Part shown: in pieces, positions 58,869-64,000 of the stretch
Layout of the letters: each line of letters starts with the position of its first letter
How positions within the stretch are numbered: position 1 is the stretch's first letter
Source: Clostridiales bacterium
Lineage (GTDB): Bacteria > Bacillota > Clostridia > SK-Y3
Direction of reading: 5' to 3'
Assembly (NCBI GenBank): GCA_030156665.1
Contig: JASGMB010000003.1
Coordinates: 2,437-66,436, forward strand
DNA: 64,000 bases
Program-made: the position numbers and the translations under genes
The notes under the pieces: model-generated
Told to the model about the DNA's origin: nothing
What the model saw: the letters and a program-made list of their open reading frames with translations, nothing else
Databases searched by the model: none

Positions 58869-60284
58869 TTATGCTCTTTGTAGAGTAAATGTAAACCTGG
58901 TGTATTCTTCCAGCTTACTTTCAACTGATATTTCTTGCCCATGTTGATTAATAATATTTTTTACAATCGCAAGCCCCAACCCAGTTCCAGTTTTATCTTT
59001 GCTTCTAGATTTATCAGTTTTGTAAAATCTATCCCAAATATATTTAAGTTCCTGTTCGTCAATTCCAATACCATGATCCTGGATAGATACATATACTTTA
59101 TTAGATTTCGTTATGACTTCAATATCAATTGTTCCATTGTCGTCAGAGAATTTTATTGCGTTATCCAGTAAGTTTGTTACTACTCTCTGAATACCATCCA
59201 TATCAGCAATAACAAAACACTGTTCATCTTCAAAATAAGCATTTATATGGATATTTTTTTGTGTAATTCTATTTTCAAATTTTATAATTCCAATTCTGAT
59301 TAATTCATTTATATCAAATTCCCGAAAATTAAGTTGATTTTCTCCTGCTTCCATTTTCGCAAGGTCTAAAAGGTCATTTACCAATCTTGATAATCTTCTA
59401 ACTTCATCCAAGACTATTTTTAAATATTGTTTTTGGCGCTCCTTAGGTATCGTTTCATCCATAATGCCTGCAATGAAGCCTTGAATGGTTGTCATAGGCG
59501 TTCTAAGTTCGTGTGAAACATTTGCAATGAAACTTCTCCTCATATTCTCTAAATTTTGTAACGATTCTGCCATACGATTAAATGTATTTGCCAGTTCTCC
59601 TATTTCATCATTTGAATTCACGGCTACTCTATTTTCAAATTGTCCATTTGCAAAGGTTTTGGCTGCCTTATTAATCATTTTTAGTGGATTAGAAATTTTT
59701 CTAGATAAAAAGAATATTAAAATAAACGCAGCCAAAAGTGCTACCGATACAGAAAGCATAAATAACTTAAAAACTTCATACCGTACTTTATTGATTTCAG
59801 GAATAGGAGAATTTAAAAAGACAGCTCCGACAATTTCATTCTTGTACTTCAATGGCATTCCAATCGTCAAAACGGTTTGGTTAAACAATCCTTCAAAATT
59901 ACCAATTTTTTTTATATCCTTTCCAAGTAGTACTTCACCATATTGTGCTTTGCTTAATTTTTGCCCCTCCATATGTTTGTAATATGGATTAGATATAGCA
60001 AAAATTTCACCAGTTTGATCAATTACTATTATCAAAGACTGTGTATTGGTACCGTAAGACTCGATATTAATTCTATATACTCTTTCTACGATAGGACTAT
60101 TATCTTCAATTAAAACCGAGGTTATCTCATTAATTTTTTTTCCGGTATACCTCAACAATTCCTCTTTTTCAGAAGTAACATAATCCCCTAATAAGCTGAA
60201 CAGTAAAATGCCAAGAATAATAAAAGTTATTAATATAATTAGATAATATGCAGATAATAATTTCCCAAATATACTTTTGAACAA
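58869..60284 (-). CDS. Sensor histidine kinase (2 TM, HAMP, HisKA, HATPase_c)
   Basis: H-box FIANVSHELRTPMT, N-box NLLDNAIKF, G-boxes DHGIGI and GTGLGLAIV. Confidence 0.9.
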   Translation of the reverse strand: MFKSIFGKLLSAYYLIILITFIILGILLFSLLGDYVTSEKEELLRYTGKKINEITSVLIEDNSPIVERVYRINIESYGTNTQSLIIVIDQTGEIFAISNPYYKHMEGQKLSKAQYGEVLLGKDIKKIGNFEGLFNQTVLTIGMPLKYKNEIVGAVFLNSPIPEINKVRYEVFKLFMLSVSVALLAAFILIFFLSRKISNPLKMINKAAKTFANGQFENRVAVNSNDEIGELANTFNRMAESLQNLENMRRSFIANVSHELRTPMTTIQGFIAGIMDETIPKERQKQYLKIVLDEVRRLSRLVNDLLDLAKMEAGENQLNFREFDINELIRIGIIKFENRITQKNIHINAYFEDEQCFVIADMDGIQRVVTNLLDNAIKFSDDNGTIDIEVITKSNKVYVSIQDHGIGIDEQELKYIWDRFYKTDKSRSKDKTGTGLGLAIVKNIINQHGQEISVESKLEEYTRFTFTLQRA

Positions 60285-60285
60285 A

Positions 60286-60972
60286 TTATTTCACCTCAAA
60301 CTTATAACCTACTCCCCAAACCGTCTTTAATTGCCATACTTGTCCATCACTATCCAATTTTTCTCTTAATCGTTTTATATGTACATCCACTGTACGGGAA
60401 TCACCCAAATAATCAAATCCCCAAACTTCTTGAAGCAATTGTTCCCGTGTAAAAACCTGATTAGGATGAGACACAAGAAAATACAAAAGTTCCAGTTCTT
60501 TAGGAGGAATTTCCATCTCTTTTCCGTTTATTTTTAATTGGTATGTTGAAAGGTTAACAACTAGATTTGGGAAAACAACTTCTTTTATTTCTCCTTGTTT
60601 ATGGTCATATCTCCTCAAAACAGCTTTTATTCTTGCAATTAGTTCTTTCGCTTCAAACGGTTTAACTACATAATCATCTGCACCTAATTCAAGTCCTAAA
60701 ACTTTATCAAATGTTTCTCCTTTAGCTGTCAACATAATAATGGGTATATTACTAATTCTTCTGATTTCTCTACAAACCTGCCAACCATCGATACCAGGCA
60801 ACATAATATCTAATACAACCAAAGAAGGAGCTTCTGATTTGAAAGTTTCTAAAGCATTTGAGCCATTATGAGCTACCATAACCTCATAACCCTCTTTTTC
60901 CAAATACAAGCGTATTAATTCACAAATATTAAAATCATCATCAACAACAAGAATTTTTACCTTAGGTACCAT
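60286..60972 (-). CDS. OmpR-family response regulator
   Basis: Receiver domain (VVDDD, phospho-acceptor LDIMLPG, KP) plus winged-helix domain (LT.REQLL..VWG, HIKRLREKL, VWGVGYKF). ATG at 60972 is 6 nt after GGAGGG. Confidence 0.93.
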   Translation of the reverse strand: MVPKVKILVVDDDFNICELIRLYLEKEGYEVMVAHNGSNALETFKSEAPSLVVLDIMLPGIDGWQVCREIRRISNIPIIMLTAKGETFDKVLGLELGADDYVVKPFEAKELIARIKAVLRRYDHKQGEIKEVVFPNLVVNLSTYQLKINGKEMEIPPKELELLYFLVSHPNQVFTREQLLQEVWGFDYLGDSRTVDVHIKRLREKLDSDGQVWQLKTVWGVGYKFEVK

Positions 60973-61219
60973 AGACAACCCTCCGTATTATAAATGCTAA
61001 ACAATATACACTGTATATTTTAAATTTTTTCAATGAACTCCCAATATAATGTGTTCAATTACAATCGTATTACCATTATAAAATATATAATTATAAATTA
61101 TTATATCATACATACCACCGTGCAATATATAATATTTAAAATATTTACAAACTATTAATATTTTTAAGCCGATAGACACCTATGTCTTCTTTTAAAAAGC
61201 TTTTTCTAAATCCTGACCC

Positions 61220-61248
61220 TTGCACAAAAACTTTCGTTAATGTATAAT
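61220..61248 (+). promoter_or_regulatory. Putative sigma-A promoter for ychF
   Basis: TTGCAC - 17 nt - TATAAT with a TG extension, about 60 nt upstream of the ATG. Confidence 0.5.
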
Positions 61249-61308
61249 AATTGTTCGTAGTACGCTTATTTACATAGATTATGAAAATTTTTTGAAAGGA
61301 TAGATTTT

Positions 61309-62406
61309 ATGAAACTTGGTATAGTAGGTCTTCCAAATGTAGGGAAGAGTACACTATTTAATGCAATTACTCAAGCTGGCGCAGAATCAGCCAATTACCC
61401 GTTTTGCACGATAGAACCAAATGTAGGAATTGTTGCAGTACCAGACGAAAGACTTGATAAACTTGCTCAAATGTATGCTCCGGAAAAAGTCACTCCCGCT
61501 ACTATCGAATTTGTAGATATTGCCGGTTTGGTAAAGGGCGCTAGTAAAGGAGAAGGTTTAGGTAATAAGTTTTTATCCCATATTAGAGAAGTTGATGCAA
61601 TTGTTCACGTTGTCAGATGTTTTGAAGACGAGAATATTGTCCATGTGGAAGGTTCAATAGGACCTCTGAGAGATATCGAAACAATTAATTTAGAATTGAT
61701 TTTTGCCGATTTAGAAGTAATTGAGCGAAGAATTGACAAAACAAAAAAAATGCTCAAATCAGGGGATAAAAAATATCTTCAAGAACTTGACGTATTAGAA
61801 CAAATAAAATCCGTTCTCGAAGAAGGAAAACCGGCTAGAAGTATAAGCCTTAATGAAGAACAACTAGAGCTTATAAAAGAATTTTCGCTTCTTACCATGA
61901 AACCCGTTCTTTATGCTGCCAACGTTTCGGAAGAAGATTTTGTCAACGGCATTGAAAATAATCAGTTGGTAAGTGATTTAAAACAATTTGCAAACAGTGA
62001 AAATTCTGAAGTGTTGCCTATCTCTGCAAAAATAGAAGAAGAAATTGCAGAACTTAATTTTGAAGAAAAGAAAGAATTTTTAGCTGACCTTGGTTTAACT
62101 CAATCAGGATTAGACCGATTAATTCAGGCTAGTTATAAATTATTAGGGCTAATTAGCTTTCTGACTGCAGGACCATCAGAAGTGAGAGCCTGGACCATCA
62201 GAAAAGGAACCAAAGCGCCCGAAGCAGCCGGAAAAATTCATAGTGATTTTGAAAAAGGATTTATTCGTGCCGAGGTTGTAAGCTTCAACGATTTAATAAA
62301 ATGTGGTTCCTATAATATGGCAAAAGAAAACGGCCTTGTAAGATTAGAAGGAAAGGAATATATTGTGCAGGATGGGGATGTAATTCTATTTAGATTTAAT
62401 GTATAA
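61309..62406 (+). CDS. ychF: Redox-regulated ATPase YchF (Obg-like)
   Basis: GIVGLPNVGKSTLFNA, DIAGLV.GAS.GEGLGN.FL and C-terminal TGS domain. Confidence 0.95.
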   Translation: MKLGIVGLPNVGKSTLFNAITQAGAESANYPFCTIEPNVGIVAVPDERLDKLAQMYAPEKVTPATIEFVDIAGLVKGASKGEGLGNKFLSHIREVDAIVHVVRCFEDENIVHVEGSIGPLRDIETINLELIFADLEVIERRIDKTKKMLKSGDKKYLQELDVLEQIKSVLEEGKPARSISLNEEQLELIKEFSLLTMKPVLYAANVSEEDFVNGIENNQLVSDLKQFANSENSEVLPISAKIEEEIAELNFEEKKEFLADLGLTQSGLDRLIQASYKLLGLISFLTAGPSEVRAWTIRKGTKAPEAAGKIHSDFEKGFIRAEVVSFNDLIKCGSYNMAKENGLVRLEGKEYIVQDGDVILFRFNV

Positions 62407-62420
62407 TATTACAAACGCTA

Positions 62421-62449
62421 TTGACTTTTGCGACTCCATGTGCTATGCT
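62421..62449 (+). promoter_or_regulatory. Putative sigma-A promoter for the T-box leader
   Basis: TTGACT - 17 nt - TATGCT with a TG extension, about 25 nt upstream of Stem I. Confidence 0.5.
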
Positions 62450-62469
62450 TGTTAAAATAAAATATTGTA

Positions 62470-62750
62470 ACAAATGCAGAGAAAGGGAAAAGTAAGTATA
62501 ATGAAATTTTTCAGCGAGCTAGGGGTGGTGAAAGCCTAGTAAATGGATTTATTCTGAAGTTCTCCCTGGAGCAGCAGGCTGAATGCGACCGCTAGTAGGC
62601 TGTGCCGATTACTCCAATCGTTAACCTGGAGGATATATCAGAAGTTTTCTTCTCGTATATTTATTTTAAGTGGTTTCCTTTTCAGGATTCAATTTGGGTG
62701 GTACCGCGTGGATATAGCTCCTCGTCCCTATGGGATGAGGAGCTTTTTTA
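62470..62750 (+). promoter_or_regulatory. T-box riboswitch leader controlling DAHP synthase
   Basis: Stem I has a GA/K-turn (GCAGAGAA..TGGAGCA), AGUA/GAA specifier loop, AG bulge AGCGA and distal loop GGTGGTGAAAG. The T-box sequence AATTTGGGTGGTACCGCG is at 62691-62708. The terminator AGCTCCTCGTCCC-TAT-GGGATGAGGAGCT plus T6 is at 62716-62749. Confidence 0.9.
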
Positions 62751-62798
62751 AGCTAAAAAGATTTTATTGTTTTTTTATGTACAAGGAGGTATAAAAAT

Positions 62799-63812
62799 AT
62801 GATTGTAGTGATGAGTCCTTCAGCAACAAGAGGACAAATAAGTACTGTAGAAAAAAAATTGATTAACCTGGGTTTTAAAACTCATCCTATTTATGGAGAT
62901 ATAAAGACGGTTATAGGTGCCATAGGAGACAAAAAATTTCTTGATTATCAATTAATTATTAACCTTCCCGGGGTAGAAAATATTGTCCCCATTATGAAAC
63001 CCTACAAACTAGCTAGTAGAGAACTAAAAAACACCAAAACCATTATCCAAATCGATGATATCAAAATCGGCGGCAATGAACTTATTCTTATGGCCGGTCC
63101 ATGTGCTGTTGAAGATGAGGAAACTTTCTATGAGACTGCACGTAAAGTAAAGGAAGCTGGAGCAAAGGTTTTAAGAGGTGGAGCATTCAAACCTCGCACT
63201 TCTCCTTATGCTTTCCAAGGCCTTGAAGAAGAAGGACTTAAAATGCTAAATACCGCTCGTACTGAAACCGGATTAAAAGTAATTACTGAAGTAATAGATA
63301 CGCGTGATGTAGAAATTGTTGCTAAGTATTCTGATATTCTACAAATTGGCGCAAGAAATATGCAAAATTTTAGGTTACTTCGAGAAGTAGGAACCACTAA
63401 CAAACCTGTTTTGCTTAAAAGAGGGTTATCGGCTACAATTGAAGAATGGCTAATGGCCGCAGAATATATTATTTCAGCTGGTAATCCAAACATAATTCTC
63501 TGTGAAAGAGGAATTAGAACATTTGAAACTGCTACAAGAAATACGATAGACATTAGTGCAATCCCTGTTATAAAAGAACTATCACATTTACCAATTATTA
63601 TAGATCCTAGTCATGCTACAGGTACTTGGAAGTACGTTAATGCGCTTTCTAAAGCCGCAATAGCAGCCGGTGCCGATGGACTATTAATCGAAGTACACAA
63701 CAACCCTGAAAAAGCATTGTGTGATGGACCGCAATCATTAAAACCAGACAAATTTGCACAATTAGTGAAAGAATTACATCTAATCGCATCAGCGGTAAAC
63801 CGAACGATGTAG
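62799..63812 (+). CDS. aroF: 3-deoxy-7-phosphoheptulonate (DAHP) synthase, type I-beta with N-terminal ferredoxin-like regulatory domain
   Basis: [31 protein letters not shown] and a ~70-aa N-terminal extension (MIVVMSP..KT..I) as in the Thermotoga-type enzyme. Confidence 0.92.
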   Translation: MIVVMSPSATRGQISTVEKKLINLGFKTHPIYGDIKTVIGAIGDKKFLDYQLIINLPGVENIVPIMKPYKLASRELKNTKTIIQIDDIKIGGNELILMAGPCAVEDEETFYETARKVKEAGAKVLRGGAFKPRTSPYAFQGLEEEGLKMLNTARTETGLKVITEVIDTRDVEIVAKYSDILQIGARNMQNFRLLREVGTTNKPVLLKRGLSATIEEWLMAAEYIISAGNPNIILCERGIRTFETATRNTIDISAIPVIKELSHLPIIIDPSHATGTWKYVNALSKAAIAAGADGLLIEVHNNPEKALCDGPQSLKPDKFAQLVKELHLIASAVNRTM

Positions 63813-63826
63813 TTATTAAAATATTA

Positions 63827-63845
63827 GGAGCGGATTTTCCGCTCC
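63827..63845 (+). terminator. Stem-loop downstream of aroF
   Basis: GGAGCGG-attt t-CCGCTCC with a weak T-tract (CATATTCT). Confidence 0.45.
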
Positions 63846-63858
63846 CATATTCTAAAGT

Positions 63859-63894
63859 AAAGAAAATTGCGCTAATCTTATTACAGATTAGTGC
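63859..63894 (-). terminator. Stem-loop downstream of mnmA
   Basis: Minus strand GCACTAATCT-gtaata-AGATTAGCGC followed by AATTTTCTTT. Confidence 0.5.
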
Positions 63895-63908
63895 AATTGC
63901 ATCAGTTT

Positions 63909-64000
63909 TTAATTATTCATTCCTAACATTAACGCCTTTTCTATTGTTCCTCCACCAACAACAATGTCCCCATCATAAAACACAACTGCCTGTCCCGGAG
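63909..64000 (-). CDS. mnmA: tRNA-specific 2-thiouridylase MnmA, C-terminal 29 codons only (5' part outside window)
   Basis: My translation is PGQAVVFYDGDIVVGGGTIEKALMLGMNN-stop. The GQ..VFYDGD.V.GGG.I motif is the conserved MnmA C-terminus. Confidence 0.7.
   Translation of the reverse strand, partial: PGQAVVFYDGDIVVGGGTIEKALMLGMNN

Noticed and set aside
61168-61190. GCCGATAGACAC, resembling GCCGATAGGCAC at 49592-49603, as a possible shared motif.
   Set aside because: It is a single 12/13-nt match with no shared flanking structure or context, which is within chance expectation.

Overview
AT-rich, almost entirely housekeeping chromosomal segment of a low-GC, spore-forming Firmicute (Clostridia-like). 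About 55 of roughly 62 genes are on the minus strand. No database search was possible, so every call rests on reading the supplied translations, my own translation of gaps, and motif recognition.

Gene order follows classic Bacillus/Clostridium synteny:
- a PyrR-attenuated pyrimidine operon: pyrR-pyrP-pyrB-pyrC-pyrF-carA-carB-pyrK
- lspA-rluD
- an aroB gene followed by the ylm/divIVA cell-division cluster: yggS-sepF-yggT-ylmH-divIVA
- miaB-ricA-mutS-mutL-miaA-hfq
- class A RNase P RNA and two tRNAs
- dgt-dnaG-sigA
- ppdK
- the yqf block: yqfC-yqfD-phoH-pgpH-ybeY-dgkA-cdd-era-yqzL-recO
- rarA, glyA, a thrE pair, nth, glgA, a two-component system and ychF
- a T-box-controlled DAHP synthase

I found no CRISPR array, prophage, toxin-antitoxin pair or recognisable defence system. 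The only accessory-looking patch is 28.9-31.7 kb: an IS3 OrfA-like HTH remnant, a secreted MBL plus lamin-tail protein, DUF3006, a SAM methyltransferase and a small ORF.

The most unusual signal is a family of conserved intergenic hairpin elements at about 28.87, 40.37 and 44.26 kb, possibly also 34.87 kb. Copies differ by compensatory base-pair substitutions, and the element matches no RNA class I recognise.

Other items worth a second look:
- an in-frame MtnP-MtnA fusion with both junction termini trimmed
- a DgkA-PAP2 fusion
- a perfect 20-bp palindrome in the ppdK leader
- an intra-operon terminator before pyrB with no PyrR box
- a relatively GC-rich, hairpin-forming phoH-pgpH spacer
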